Positions 1 to 9,916 of a DNA stretch of 55,279 bases are shown one piece after another. The stretch is taken from positions 1 to 55,279 of the IMG/VR virus record IMGVR_UViG_3300019768_000001; one strand, given 5' to 3'. The stretch comes from a virus (taxonomy: Duplodnaviria > Caudoviricetes). Numbering within the stretch: position 1 is the first letter of the stretch; each line of letters begins with the position of its first letter. The position numbers were made by a program, and so were the translations under genes. The notes below the pieces were generated by a model that had not been told where the DNA came from, ran no database searches, and saw nothing but the letters and a program-made list of their open reading frames with translations.

Positions 1-123
1 AGTCAATCTATCCGCTTCAGCAGCAACGGCTTTCTCTGCGTCAGATTTAGCCCTGTCAACTTTAGCCTCGAAATCAAATAATTCAGCGGCGGTTTCTTTC
101 ACTGATTCAGCGATGGTTTCAAC
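1..123. repeat. Terminal direct repeat, left copy (assembly circularity overlap)
   Basis: 1-123 is identical to 55157-55279 and lies inside the tape-measure ORF, which stays in frame across the join; unit genome 55,156 bp. Confidence 0.95.
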
Positions 124-3100
124 GCTATCAACGAATTCATTCACAGACAGTCCAAACCCGTCAGCAAGTGCAGCCAGGTTCTCGGGTGTCTGGTCAATTC
201 CGCTAATCGTAGCCAAAAACTCCTCAATGCCATCAGCAGTTAAATTCAAGTTTTCAAGCGCTCGGTCTTGCTCAGAAACACCGCGCAGAGTGTCGAGCAG
301 ATCACGTAACCGGCTTATATCCCGGTCGTTAAGGCCAATATCTGCAACTGATTGAACTATATCAACAACATCTTTTACAGGCTCAACTGGCGGCGGCGGT
401 AGTTTTGCAATGGCGTCGTATGCGTTGAATGCACCTAGGAGCCCGTCAAACCTGTCTTTTAATGCAGCCTCGTCTGACTCTGTGATAAGGTCAAAGAATT
501 GCTGGAACGATAGCGCACCGCTTTCCAGTTTCCCTTTCCAGTAATCTAGCCCGCCCTGATCCGGCAATCGGCCTAGAACGTCTTGGTAAACCTGTGCAAT
601 CTGAATCCCTGTGTCGCTCAGGGGTTCGACCAGCGTTAAACCCGCAGTTGTCGCTGAATCATAGGCCGCCTCAAGCTCTTCGGCAGATACGCGCATGCCG
701 CCGATGAAATTAATAACACCGCGAAACTCTTCTTTAATACCGGACATTATCCCTTGCAGGTTTTGACCAGACTGAGCGCTATCTACAGTGACAGATGACA
801 CATCGATTGTTTCTTCAAGCTTTGACAGTGAAGACTCAATGATGGCGTTTGAATCTTCAATCGCATTTGCTGCAGCCTCTGACAGCCTGGCCTGATCGGT
901 GATCGCGCTGGAGTATTCAGATAAAGCGTCGGCAGCAGCAAGGTACCTTACCAATCCTTCGTCAGAAAAAGCGTCTGAATCTTTGAATCTCTCGATAGAG
1001 TCCCGCAGCGTTTCAAAACTAGTTTCCGTTGTAACCCCTATACTGCTGAATTTCTCAAGATCAATAACTGCCGATTCAATTGCGGACTCCACCTGCTCAG
1101 AAGCTGAAAAAAAGTTTTCCTCGTAATTTGACGTAAGCCTATTTAACTCCGCCCCGGCATTCTCCATGCCAACCCCAGTTAAATCATCAACTACTGAGAG
1201 CAGGGATTGAGTAAAATCAGCAACAGCCTCGACATCTGCCGTATTAAATCTTGACGTGAACTCTGACAGCTCATCGTCTAGCGCTGCCGCCTCTTTGAAT
1301 AGCGATCTTAGCTCACCTTTAATGCCTTTAATCGCGACGATATCAATACTGGCATTAAGAACCTCAAGCTCTGACTTTAACGATTCGTCTAGCTCGGCAA
1401 TCTCTTCTCTTCTGGAAAACAATGCATCAAACTGGTCAGTGTATAACTGTTTGAGCTCCTGTGTCTGCGCATCTATTTTGCTCGTGGATTTAGATGAAAG
1501 ATCGATAGAGTCTAATGCTGAAAGAACCTCTTTTGCATCATCCGACAGCCTGATAAACGTCTGTACAGACTGCTCGCCAATCCTGCCAAAATCCTCAAGA
1601 GCTCCGAAAGCCGCTTCCGACGCTTGGTTAGAAAAATCAGAGATAACGGTATTAAGGTCCCCGTTTTTTACTTTTATCTCGCCAGTAAACTCATCTATAC
1701 CCGCACCCAGGGATTTTGCTGTATCGGATAGGCTGCCTGATACGGAATCAAACGTATTTTGTATGACCCCTATCGTCGCATCATCTACAGCATTTCTGTA
1801 CGTGGTCGTCCGCTTATTCCATAGACTCGTCTTCTTGATCGTTTTTGTACTGAACGCTTGCGCGATGGTGTCGCTAACAATATTTACATCAAAGCCTTCT
1901 CCGACCTTCTGTTTTGAAGTGGTTAGCAATCCACCAATAGCACCACCTGCCTGCGCCCCCTGTGAGGCTCCTTTAGCGCCGCCAAAATAAGCGCCGATTG
2001 CCGTACCGATCACCGTACCTGCTTTCTGTAGATCGCTTTGATTGTCGCTGGCAAGAGATCCAATTGCTGCGCCAATAGCGGAACCGACTTCACCTCCTAT
2101 CTGCTCACCGATCATTGCACCCACAGATGTAAAATCTTGACGCCCAAGAGAGCTGCTTAGCGCCTCTGCAAACTCAAACCCGGTTTTCTCTCCAGCGACA
2201 CCGGCCTCGTCACCTAGCCCTCCAAGCTCTGCCGCCAATTCCCCAAGTCGTTTCTTGTTAGCGTCAAATACCTCCTGCGACATCAAGCCGAGGTCAAATA
2301 AACGTTTTGCCTCGTCGTATTCTCTGATAATAACGCGAACAGGTTTAGCTAAGTCCTTAAATCGTTCTGCTGCGGCTTTGTTTTTGTCGTTTAGCTTATT
2401 CTGGGCATTTAATAGCTTTAACGCCTCTGCTCCAGACTTCCTATACGACTCCTCCTTCTTTTTCTCTGCGCTCGATACACCAAGAGACGCCTTTCTTTCT
2501 TTCTCGTCAGCAATAGCCTTGGCTTCGATCTCTTTTCGAATGGCTTTTAATTTGGCCTTGAACTGTTCAGAGTAAGCCGGGCTATCTGCAAGATCATCAA
2601 GCGCCTGAATCTGCTCTTGTAATGATTTGTTTACAGATTCATTGGCATCTTTTATGTCGCCCGATGTCACTGTGAAATTTGCAACTTGATCACTAAAGGA
2701 GGCAAGCGATTCAGATGCAGCCCTGAACCCATCTGATACTGAGCCGGGAGTTATGTCAGCTAACGCACCAGTAATGATGCTCCAGCCCTCAGCGACATTC
2801 TCAAGCACGACAAGTAATGGTTTCAGTGCAAAGTTGACAAGCCCTGCCACAGCGTCGGCAGATTCTGCCATGGCACCAGTGGCTAGGGATGCAATCTGAG
2901 TCCATCCTATACCAACTAACCGCAGGCCCATTTCTAAGGTTTGCACTACATCAAGCAAGACCCCAATGGCATCAATGCCAAATTTAACAAATGACTCAAT
3001 ATCGCCTTTATCGAACGAGTTAATCATCTGTTCTATTTTTTCTTGAACAAGGATGACGGCCGGGGATAAGTTGGCAGCAAGCAACCTGGTTGCTCCGCCA

Positions 3101-3774
3101 ATAGCGCTGCCCATGCGCTCGAAACTTTCGGACGCTTCGATTAATGCGGTATTGTCGAAAGAGGATAGGGCCTGTCCGGTCTCCAGTGATTTATCTAAAA
3201 GCCTGTCTAGTTCTTCTGTGTTATCCGTTATCAACGGCAACATAAGGGATAGGTCGTTAGCCAAAGACTCAGCAAAGAATACTTGCTCGCCTCTACTTTC
3301 AACCTCCTTTAATGCCTCGCCAATTTTACGAAGCTGATCAGCTGGGTCTAGGTTTTGCAGGTCTTTTGCGCTTACCGAAAGCTGCTCGAATATATCCGCG
3401 CCTTCACCTCCACCTGTGGTTAAAAAATCACCAACTTTATCCGACACATCTTTTAGTGCTTGACCCATATCATCAGCAGAGATGCCAACTGTTTTAGCTG
3501 CCGCTTGGAATTGCTGCAGCTTGGTTGTACTGATGCCCAGAGATTTTGCAAGATCGTCGTTTTCTTTTACCTGCTGACCAACGACAGCAACTAGACCTGC
3601 AACAGCGGCGGCAGCGGTTGCGGCCACTTGTGCAACTTTACCGACACCTTTAGCAAGTGAAGCAAGCTGCGGCTCAGACTTTGCCCCAGCCTTTCCGAGC
3701 CCTTCTAGCCGTTTTATCCCTTGCTCAACCCCTGCCGAGTTAATCCGTATCCCAAGCTCTGCAATATCTACCAT
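1..3774 (-). CDS. Tail tape measure protein, 5' part (continues across the join to 54023; ~1635 aa)
   Basis: Not in ORF track because it runs off the end. ATG at 3774 (MVDIAELGIRINSAGVEQG...), open to base 1, in frame with 54023..55258; Ala/Gly-rich helical protein downstream of tail chaperones. Confidence 0.9.
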   Translation of the reverse strand, partial: MVDIAELGIRINSAGVEQGIKRLEGLGKAGAKSEPQLASLAKGVGKVAQVAATAAAAVAGLVAVVGQQVKENDDLAKSLGISTTKLQQFQAAAKTVGISADDMGQALKDVSDKVGDFLTTGGGEGADIFEQLSVSAKDLQNLDPADQLRKIGEALKEVESRGEQVFFAESLANDLSLMLPLITDNTEELDRLLDKSLETGQALSSFDNTALIEASESFERMGSAIGGATRLLAANLSPAVILVQEKIEQMINSFDKGDIESFVKFGIDAIGVLLDVVQTLEMGLRLVGIGWTQIASLATGAMAESADAVAGLVNFALKPLLVVLENVAEGWSIITGALADITPGSVSDGFRAASESLASFSDQVANFTVTSGDIKDANESVNKSLQEQIQALDDLADSPAYSEQFKAKLKAIRKEIEAKAIADEKERKASLGVSSAEKKKEESYRKSGAEALKLLNAQNKLNDKNKAAAERFKDLAKPVRVIIREYDEAKRLFDLGLMSQEVFDANKKRLGELAAELGGLGDEAGVAGEKTGFEFAEALSSSLGRQDFTSVGAMIGEQIGGEVGSAIGAAIGSLASDNQSDLQKAGTVIGTAIGAYFGGAKGASQGAQAGGAIGGLLTTSKQKVGEGFDVNIVSDTIAQAFSTKTIKKTSLWNKRTTTYRNAVDDATIGVIQNTFDSVSGSLSDTAKSLGAGIDEFTGEIKVKNGDLNTVISDFSNQASEAAFGALEDFGRIGEQSVQTFIRLSDDAKEVLSALDSIDLSSKSTSKIDAQTQELKQLYTDQFDALFSRREEIAELDESLKSELEVLNASIDIVAIKGIKGELRSLFKEAAALDDELSEFTSRFNTADVEAVADFTQSLLSVVDDLTGVGMENAGAELNRLTSNYEENFFSASEQVESAIESAVIDLEKFSSIGVTTETSFETLRDSIERFKDSDAFSDEGLVRYLAAADALSEYSSAITDQARLSEAAANAIEDSNAIIESSLSKLEETIDVSSVTVDSAQSGQNLQGIMSGIKEEFRGVINFIGGMRVSAEELEAAYDSATTAGLTLVEPLSDTGIQIAQVYQDVLGRLPDQGGLDYWKGKLESGALSFQQFFDLITESDEAALKDRFDGLLGAFNAYDAIAKLPPPPVEPVKDVVDIVQSVADIGLNDRDISRLRDLLDTLRGVSEQDRALENLNLTADGIEEFLATISGIDQTPENLAALADGFGLSVNEFVDSVETIAESVKETAAELFDFEAKVDRAKSDAEKAVAAEADRLT

Positions 3775-3811
3775 TTTAAGCCCTCAAATAGACTTCTAAA
3801 ACTTTGGTCTA

Positions 3812-3820
3812 ATTGTAGCA
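3812..3820 (-). promoter_or_regulatory. Extended -10 promoter TGCTACAAT upstream of tape measure gene
   Basis: Same 9-mer at 7389, 17360 and 27373, each upstream of a late-type gene. Confidence 0.55.
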
Positions 3821-3846
3821 TTGTTGTTTATGATGTTGCAGGCGTA

Positions 3847-3868
3847 AAAAAGCCCGGTAATTCCGGGT
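3847..3868 (-). terminator. Rho-independent terminator after tail chaperone
   Basis: CCCGG-aatta-CCGGG hairpin followed by T run on minus strand. Confidence 0.65.
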
Positions 3869-4295
3869 TATCTTGATGCCATCATGTATTCATTCATGTA
3901 TTCCCTGTCCAGCTCGTCACCGTTAACTGCTGCTGGCGGAACCTCTAAAGGATTGGATGACTTGTTATGCATGGCGCAGAACTCGCATGATAAATTCTTT
4001 ATTATCTCAAGCTCACCTGGAGTTAGCTCTATACCGTTTGCAGACTGCCATGAATGCAGGTCAGACCATTCAAGAGGTGATAGTCCAGACATTCCAGATT
4101 TGTATATCCCGATCCTTTGCAGGATACCAAAAAGATAGCTATACCCATCCATTTCCGGAAGCTTTGCAACAACCGTATCCCTAAACCTGTCTATTCTGGT
4201 TCGCTGTCGCTTACTGTTTTTATCCTTGTAATCTGGATCAGGTGATTGCTGAAGCCATGCAAGGTGCCGTATAGCAGGGGTAAGCCCTGCTAAGG
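3868..4295 (-). CDS. Tail assembly chaperone frameshift extension (gpT-like)
   Basis: Track ORF 3868..4152 is open upstream past the gpG-like stop in the -1 frame (ALAGLTPAIRHLAWLQQSP...); lies between chaperone and TMP. Confidence 0.65.
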
Positions 4296-4718
4296 CTTTA
4301 CCGCCCAGTTTTCACTGTTGTAAATAAACTTTGACAGCTCATCTCGGTTATGTGGTTTAAGCCTGTCAATAACTTGCCCAAAATTACCTTTTGTTATTTT
4401 CTTGCCTGCCAGTTCTATGCCGACAGACGACTTAAACATCATGATCAACGCCTCTTTTAGCGTGGCCCTTTGATGCATGACAGTCTCTAGCAGCTTTTTA
4501 TCTGCATCATCAATACCTGATGTTTTATCTATCAATGCAGCCTTTGCTCGCTCCTGAGAAATCTGAGCTTGAAGCCCTTGCCTGCTGTCGGGGTTGTAGA
4601 ACTCAAAACCAACCTTGTCGCCGTTCTCGTCTGTCAAATACTCGTTATTCTCATCTGTAAGATAACAAACAGACGAACCGCGCATCTCGCTCAAGCCAAT
4701 AACTTCAAAATCTAGCAT
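4290..4718 (-). CDS. Tail assembly chaperone (gpG-like)
   Basis: Position between major tail gene and TMP; GGTAAAG slippery-like site at its 3' end. Confidence 0.7.
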   Translation of the reverse strand: MLDFEVIGLSEMRGSSVCYLTDENNEYLTDENGDKVGFEFYNPDSRQGLQAQISQERAKAALIDKTSGIDDADKKLLETVMHQRATLKEALIMMFKSSVGIELAGKKITKGNFGQVIDRLKPHNRDELSKFIYNSENWAVKP

Positions 4719-4811
4719 AATTCCACCAAAATCATAGGCACCCTATAGGATGCTGGAAAGGCGCGGGTGAATCGCCCTTTCGGTGATCAACCTATCCAGC
4801 AAAAAAAACAA

Positions 4812-5267
4812 TTAAGGCGCGGCTTTAGTTAGAACCTTATTATCACGGCGCAGATCGCACGACGCACGAATAAACGCTGTAGCAGTGCTGTCTTCGTCGT
4901 AGGATTTGATCTTACAGGTGCCGTAACGGATCTGACCATCTGGGTATGTGATTTTATAGGAGTGACGAGCGCGCGCGTTAGCGCCGTCAAAACCTTCTTT
5001 TAGTAGTGTTTGGCCTGCATCGGTCAAATCTGCACCCAAGGCCAATGTTTGCGTACCATAATCAATAGTGGTAATCGCAACATCAATAACACCGGTCTCA
5101 AGGTCTGCAAACGTGTCTTCATTTGCAGCGCCGCCTGCAGCTGGAAGGCCCTCCACAAAACCAACCTGTGTCCAAGGCGTGATAGCGTCAAAACCGCCAA
5201 TGTCGTAAGAACCTGGCTCCCCAAGGTACATTTCAAGGGTAGTACCAATACCGGTTTGCTTGGCCAT
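4812..5267 (-). CDS. Major tail (tube) protein
   Basis: G-T-T-L...P-x-Y-D-x-x-G-F...W-T-x-V-G and D-x-G-Q-x-L-L...K-I-T-Y-P-D-G motifs of siphovirus tube proteins; synteny. Confidence 0.8.
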   Translation of the reverse strand: MAKQTGIGTTLEMYLGEPGSYDIGGFDAITPWTQVGFVEGLPAAGGAANEDTFADLETGVIDVAITTIDYGTQTLALGADLTDAGQTLLKEGFDGANARARHSYKITYPDGQIRYGTCKIKSYDEDSTATAFIRASCDLRRDNKVLTKAAP

Positions 5268-5270
5268 AGA

Positions 5271-5618
5271 TTAAAACTCCATAAGTTGTGCTTCGATGCC
5301 GTCAGCACCGGTAATTGTTACAACACCCTGCAGGTAAGCAGAGATGCTGTTGAGCGGGATTGCAACTGTAGCGCCAGCACCAATTGACTGCATGATTAGA
5401 CCGGCAGACACATCAACTTGACCTACACCAGGGCATGAGACGGTTGTTCCGCCGTCGCCGTCAATAAGTGGCGTTAGCGCACCGACAGTTACGTTATTAA
5501 AAACAAGCACTTGGTTTTTTGATTGATTATAAGTGATCGTGTCTGATGCCCCGAGCGTGGTAACAGTTACCGCTCGCTCACCTAGACCCGTCATATCGGT
5601 AGCTGTAATCGCTGCCAT
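5271..5618 (-). CDS. Putative virion structural protein
   Basis: Beta-rich 115 aa in tail operon with GAGG RBS. Confidence 0.55.
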   Translation of the reverse strand: MAAITATDMTGLGERAVTVTTLGASDTITYNQSKNQVLVFNNVTVGALTPLIDGDGGTTVSCPGVGQVDVSAGLIMQSIGAGATVAIPLNSISAYLQGVVTITGADGIEAQLMEF

Positions 5619-5649
5619 GATGAAAACCTCTATTTAGTCAATATCGACA

Positions 5650-6084
5650 TTATAAAACAACTTGATATGAGATACGAACATCAGCCTTAAACCAGCCATT
5701 ACTAGGGCCTTCAAAGTTAGCTATATCTGCAAATTCAAGAATTTTAAATCCTGTTGTTCCGTGAGAAACGGTTGTTCCTGGTTTAAACCAGTCGGAAACA
5801 TTGACCGCGATAGACCCCGCTTGATTTCTACCAGCCCCCGCAGGGGTGAATACGCTTACCTGATACACTCCAGAATAAACAGGTTCCTCATTAAAGCTGT
5901 TAGTAACCCTGTCGGTGGATGCTGGCAAAAGATACTCGGCTAGATACGGGCTTCCTGACACAGGCTCGAACGACCCCTTATCAACACCGTCACCGTAGTT
6001 CTCCCAGTCAACGCGCGGTCTATTCGGCATAGAGTCAAGGTGCGACGCTAAAGCGATACTGATTTCTCTAGTTCTGTCGCTCAT
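5650..6084 (-). CDS. Tail terminator-like protein (DUF4128-like)
   Basis: W-E-N...P-Y-L...G-V-Y-Q-V-S-V-F-x-P-x-G-x-G motif; synteny. Confidence 0.7.
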   Translation of the reverse strand: MSDRTREISIALASHLDSMPNRPRVDWENYGDGVDKGSFEPVSGSPYLAEYLLPASTDRVTNSFNEEPVYSGVYQVSVFTPAGAGRNQAGSIAVNVSDWFKPGTTVSHGTTGFKILEFADIANFEGPSNGWFKADVRISYQVVL

Positions 6085-6511
6085 CTATCACCGCCTGTCT
6101 TACTGCCCGTTTAAATTCTGTCACTGTCACGCCAACCATTCCAGCCGGAGCCTGGGCACTGAACCCGTTAACCGTTTTCTCTGTGCCGGGCTGAGGGTAT
6201 CCGCCGTATTCTAATTTGCGGATGTGAGGCATCCCGTTGACCAGGGTGAAAGAATCGCCTAATTCAAGCTGTGCGGCCATCTGCCTTACCGCTTGAATAG
6301 CTTCTTGCTCGCTTCTTGATTCGTTTACAGAGCCGTCGAGAGTATTTAATGCTGCATTCCAGTTTCCGCGAGTCCTGCCCTCGTCAACCGGCGTTCTCTC
6401 TATGACTTTTTCAAATATACCGAGACCTGTGCCTGCAACAACATCACGACTCGGACGAGCAACCTTGTTATCTATAAAATCCTGCATCTGTTGAGCAAAT
6501 GATCTGGCCAT
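6068..6511 (-). CDS. Neck/tail completion protein (HK97 gp10-like)
   Basis: TPVDEGRTRGNW, LEYG and SAQAPAGMV motifs. Confidence 0.75.
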   Translation of the reverse strand: MARSFAQQMQDFIDNKVARPSRDVVAGTGLGIFEKVIERTPVDEGRTRGNWNAALNTLDGSVNESRSEQEAIQAVRQMAAQLELGDSFTLVNGMPHIRKLEYGGYPQPGTEKTVNGFSAQAPAGMVGVTVTEFKRAVRQAVIDERQN

Positions 6512-6873
6512 TAGATTCGTACCTGTAAAGTATAAATTACAGTGGTTCCGGCTGGCTCTAGCGGCATAACATCCATAACTCGAAATGTTTTACCCTGAAT
6601 CGGAACCGTCATTTCAATCTCTGGTGCATCAGCAGTGGCCTCAAGGATTAACTTCTGATCGCCCATTACGATATTAGTACCGTCAATCTCGGCGCGTTTA
6701 TATTCAAGCGCAACGCCTTTACCTGTAACGGTTAGCTCAGTAGTACCGGGTAGCGGATTGCCAAATTGATCTTGGCCGCCTGAAACACTGGCTTTGGTAA
6801 AAGTTAAATCCTGTCCAAAGTTGGTTAGCAGCTTTTTGGCTGTCGCGGCTGACTTTGTGTAATTAAAGGCCAT
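6511..6873 (-). CDS. Head-tail joining/closure protein
   Basis: EIDGT-I-GD-K and P-G-x-x-V-I-Y-x-L-Q-V-R motifs; synteny. Confidence 0.7.
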   Translation of the reverse strand: MAFNYTKSAATAKKLLTNFGQDLTFTKASVSGGQDQFGNPLPGTTELTVTGKGVALEYKRAEIDGTNIVMGDQKLILEATADAPEIEMTVPIQGKTFRVMDVMPLEPAGTTVIYTLQVRI

Positions 6874-7364
6874 TAAGCACGTACCACGCTGATTTGATTG
6901 CCGCCACCTGATCCGGTAACTAGCTTGGAATATGCCCGGTTGATCTCAGGGTTGTAAGAGCTAGAACTTGCACCGTCTTGGTATTCAACCTCTAGCACAT
7001 CAACTTTTTCCCGCTTAACCGCAGGCTCAACTGTTGCCAGTGGATCAAGGCCGGCATCAATCGAAAGCGCCGTAACGTACTGGGCTGTAATCATCTCAAT
7101 AGCAATGGAGTCAGAAGGTACTGTGTAACCGTCAATTACCAAGCCTGATCTAGGATGCTGTAGAGGCTGTACACCGGGCTGAACTTTCGAGCCCTTGTAA
7201 TCTAGTGTCTCTGCGTAATCCATCGCTCTAATGAGCAACTGAGATAGATCACCGGCAATCACAGTGCCCCGTGCATCTGCATAAGTCTGCAATCCTGTTT
7301 CATCTCCGTAGCTATTAGCCAGAGGGTTGCTACCCGTTCCATCTTCAACAATTACAGCCATCAA
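6873..7364 (-). CDS. Head-tail adaptor (DnaT-like phage family)
   Basis: IVEDGTG...ANSY...LIRAMDY...REKVDVLEVEY pattern. Confidence 0.75.
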   Translation of the reverse strand: MMAVIVEDGTGSNPLANSYGDETGLQTYADARGTVIAGDLSQLLIRAMDYAETLDYKGSKVQPGVQPLQHPRSGLVIDGYTVPSDSIAIEMITAQYVTALSIDAGLDPLATVEPAVKREKVDVLEVEYQDGASSSSYNPEINRAYSKLVTGSGGGNQISVVRA

Positions 7365-7419
7365 TCAAGCTCCCAATACTTTGGTCTAATTGTAGCACGA
7401 CTGGTGGTAAAGGTAAGCT

Positions 7420-8061
7420 GTGGGAAATTCAAGCAAGCAAGGCGACAAGAGAATGGGAACATGCAACTTAACAGCAGTATATTTAAACGGTGAATTAAAA
7501 ATAGCTCAGTACGGGCAGTTTGATGGATATCCATCGGGGCAAGGTGTAACAGCCCTATCGTTTCTTTCTAGTAAAAATAATGTTGAATCGCTAAAAGAAT
7601 CTCTTGCTAGGGTTCGTTTTATTGAATTCGAAGGTCGAGATAAAGAGTTTATCCAGAGCTATGACAGAAATTCGCCAGAGTTCATGTCATCTCCTGACAA
7701 TAGATCACCACAGCAAAAGCACTGGCATGATACATTTATCCATAGAAGCCGAGCCGCAGGAATACTTGCCAATGTTGCAGACTCGAATGACGGAGAAATA
7801 CTTCTAAAAAATAGTATTGATTTTGCATACGAAGGACTGTTCTGCGAATGGGCATACATTATAGACCTTGATTCAAACACCTTTGAAGCTTTCAAAGGGT
7901 ACAATAAGACGCCTGTTACAGAAGGCCGCTTCCTGTCTTCAGGAATAAAGGAAGAAAATGGTTACCATCCTGTTGTAATCAAAAAATCTTACAGTCTTGA
8001 CCAGCTTCCATCTGAGAAGGAGTTTCTTGCAGAGCTTGAGCCGGAATTGGAGTTGAAATAA
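7420..8061 (+). CDS. Conserved hypothetical phage protein (likely start ~7453, MGT...)
   Basis: QYGQFDGYPSGQG and CEWAYIIDLD motifs typical of a widespread phage family. Confidence 0.65.
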   Translation: MGNSSKQGDKRMGTCNLTAVYLNGELKIAQYGQFDGYPSGQGVTALSFLSSKNNVESLKESLARVRFIEFEGRDKEFIQSYDRNSPEFMSSPDNRSPQQKHWHDTFIHRSRAAGILANVADSNDGEILLKNSIDFAYEGLFCEWAYIIDLDSNTFEAFKGYNKTPVTEGRFLSSGIKEENGYHPVVIKKSYSLDQLPSEKEFLAELEPELELK

Positions 8062-8209
8062 ATGATAGATACAAGAGTGCAGAGCAAGGTGCATTTAATA
8101 CCGTTGCCGCCTGCCTTTCTATGATAGAAAACAAGATCTGATCGCTATAAAAGTGAGAAAACTTACAGATCAAAAACTACGACCATCTGAAAGAAATCAT
8201 TAGCAAAAT

Positions 8210-8440
8210 GTGAGGTGTGGCATGACGATTTATTTCAATACTCCATTTAACGTAGAACCTGACGACGAAGATGTGCTTTTTGTATCAACCCTACCGGGAA
8301 ACAACGAAGGTGGGCTGTATATCTGCGAATTTAAAGGACGATTTTACTGGTCTATAAGCTATTGTGGGGAAATGGATTGGCATGAGATAAACCGCGATCT
8401 TTACAGCGAAATAAAAAAACTCCAAGAACAAAATGGGTAG
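8210..8440 (+). CDS. Hypothetical protein
   Basis: GAGG RBS; coupled to next gene. Confidence 0.5.
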   Translation: MRCGMTIYFNTPFNVEPDDEDVLFVSTLPGNNEGGLYICEFKGRFYWSISYCGEMDWHEINRDLYSEIKKLQEQNG

Positions 8441-9146
8441 GAATATGAATGTATTAAGCTATGGAGCAGGAACAAACAGTGTTGCAATGCTAGTAGGTTT
8501 TAAGCAAAAGGGAATTAAGCCTGATGTTATTTTATTTGCAGACACGGGGGGGGAGAAGCCTGAAACCTACGCGCATTTAGAAATTATGCAGAAATGGTGC
8601 AAGGGTAACGGGTTTCCTGAAATATCAATTTGCTCAGAAAAACAGACGTTAGAGCAAGACTGCCTGAACAGAAACGCGTTGCCTGGTCTAGCTTACGGGT
8701 TTAAAAGCTGTAGCGAGCATTTCAAAATCAGGCCGCAAAAAAGATGGCTAAAGCAGCAAGGGATTAAGGCCGATGTGTTTTTTGTCGGTATAGATGCAGA
8801 TGAAAGCCACCGAGTCAAAGATGATGCCAAAACAGAATACCCGCTTTACGACTGGGGATGGGGTCGAAAAAAGTGTATAGAGGCAATAAATGACGAAGGC
8901 TTGCTGCTACCAGGAAAGAGCAGTTGTTTTTTCTGTCCTGCCATGAAAGCTCATGAAATTAGAGCGCTATCAGTACAGCACCCAGATTTAATGGATCGGG
9001 CAATAGCAATGGAGAAAAACGCCGACTTAACAGTTAACAAGGGGCTAGGGCGAACTTATGCGTGGTCTTCACTTATAGCTACAGATGATATGTTCCCAGA
9101 TATGTATTTAGAAACAGATATAATTTGCGGGTGCTATGACGGCTAG
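8433..9146 (+). CDS. PAPS-reductase / adenine-nucleotide alpha-hydrolase family protein
   Basis: SYGAGTNS PP-loop-like motif, FADTGGE, GIDADE, KSSCFFCP. Confidence 0.75.
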   Translation: MGRNMNVLSYGAGTNSVAMLVGFKQKGIKPDVILFADTGGEKPETYAHLEIMQKWCKGNGFPEISICSEKQTLEQDCLNRNALPGLAYGFKSCSEHFKIRPQKRWLKQQGIKADVFFVGIDADESHRVKDDAKTEYPLYDWGWGRKKCIEAINDEGLLLPGKSSCFFCPAMKAHEIRALSVQHPDLMDRAIAMEKNADLTVNKGLGRTYAWSSLIATDDMFPDMYLETDIICGCYDG

Positions 9147-9201
9147 CCAAAGAGCAGGTTAGCGTTTATGCGGAAGCGGTTAGGGTTCCGATGATAGGAG
9201 A

Positions 9202-9567
9202 GTGATTGTGGGTTATTTTTTACACGTTGAAAGCACTATATCTAAAAATACCTACAGGTGCGCGTGCTGCGGTAGGTATCAAGAATGCATATCAACTGAA
9301 TACTGGGTTCCTGTGAATATGGTGGATATCTTCAAGCATCCTATTATTTTCAATAGGCCGAATGACGAGATAGTACAGCAAATGCTCAAAGAGCTATCAG
9401 GAAAAACTGGAGTTCAAAGGACGGCTTTTTGCGAAAAATGCCGCCCTGCAACGAGGGGTTTAAGCAAACCTATAATAAGAGCGATAAATACAGCTATCGT
9501 TTTCGGATTTGCAGTTATCGGTATTGTTAATTCTATTGGCTATCTGATAAAGCTGATCGGAAATTAA
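9202..9567 (+). CDS. Hypothetical Zn-finger protein with C-terminal TM segment
   Basis: CxxC pairs; hydrophobic C-terminus. Confidence 0.5.
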   Translation: MIVGYFLHVESTISKNTYRCACCGRYQECISTEYWVPVNMVDIFKHPIIFNRPNDEIVQQMLKELSGKTGVQRTAFCEKCRPATRGLSKPIIRAINTAIVFGFAVIGIVNSIGYLIKLIGN

Positions 9568-9598
9568 ACCAAGGTCGAACAATGATAGGGGAAGCGAA

Positions 9599-9820
9599 GT
9601 GAGTAAGCATGAGTTATGCCCGTGTATAAGCGTTGCAGAGGAAAAGATAACGGTACTGAAAATTGAGTATGATCTATTTGATGGTGATGCTCTTAAAAAG
9701 ATATACGCCTATCTTGATCTGGCGTATCCAGGCTTATGGAGCAGAAGCGGACTAATTGGCAATATGGGCGGCCTGATAAAGCCGCCCACAAGAACCTTGA
9801 TAGTCCATGTAAAACAATAA
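9599..9820 (+). CDS. Hypothetical protein
   Basis: ORF with purine-rich RBS in plus-strand accessory block. Confidence 0.5.
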   Translation: MSKHELCPCISVAEEKITVLKIEYDLFDGDALKKIYAYLDLAYPGLWSRSGLIGNMGGLIKPPTRTLIVHVKQ

Positions 9821-9916
9821 ACCAAAGTCGAATGTCTAGCTAATGTCTAAAGGCGGATAATAGTAAGTCTAGGCTTAATAATAAAGATTCTTAATAATTA
9901 GAATTAACGGTAAATT

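Noticed and set aside
1-123. 123-bp terminal repeat as a biological DTR
   Set aside because: It falls mid-TMP and is best explained as an assembly overlap of a circular or permuted genome.
113-3497. Plus-strand Ser-rich ORFs in the track
   Set aside because: Antisense shadows of the tape measure gene.
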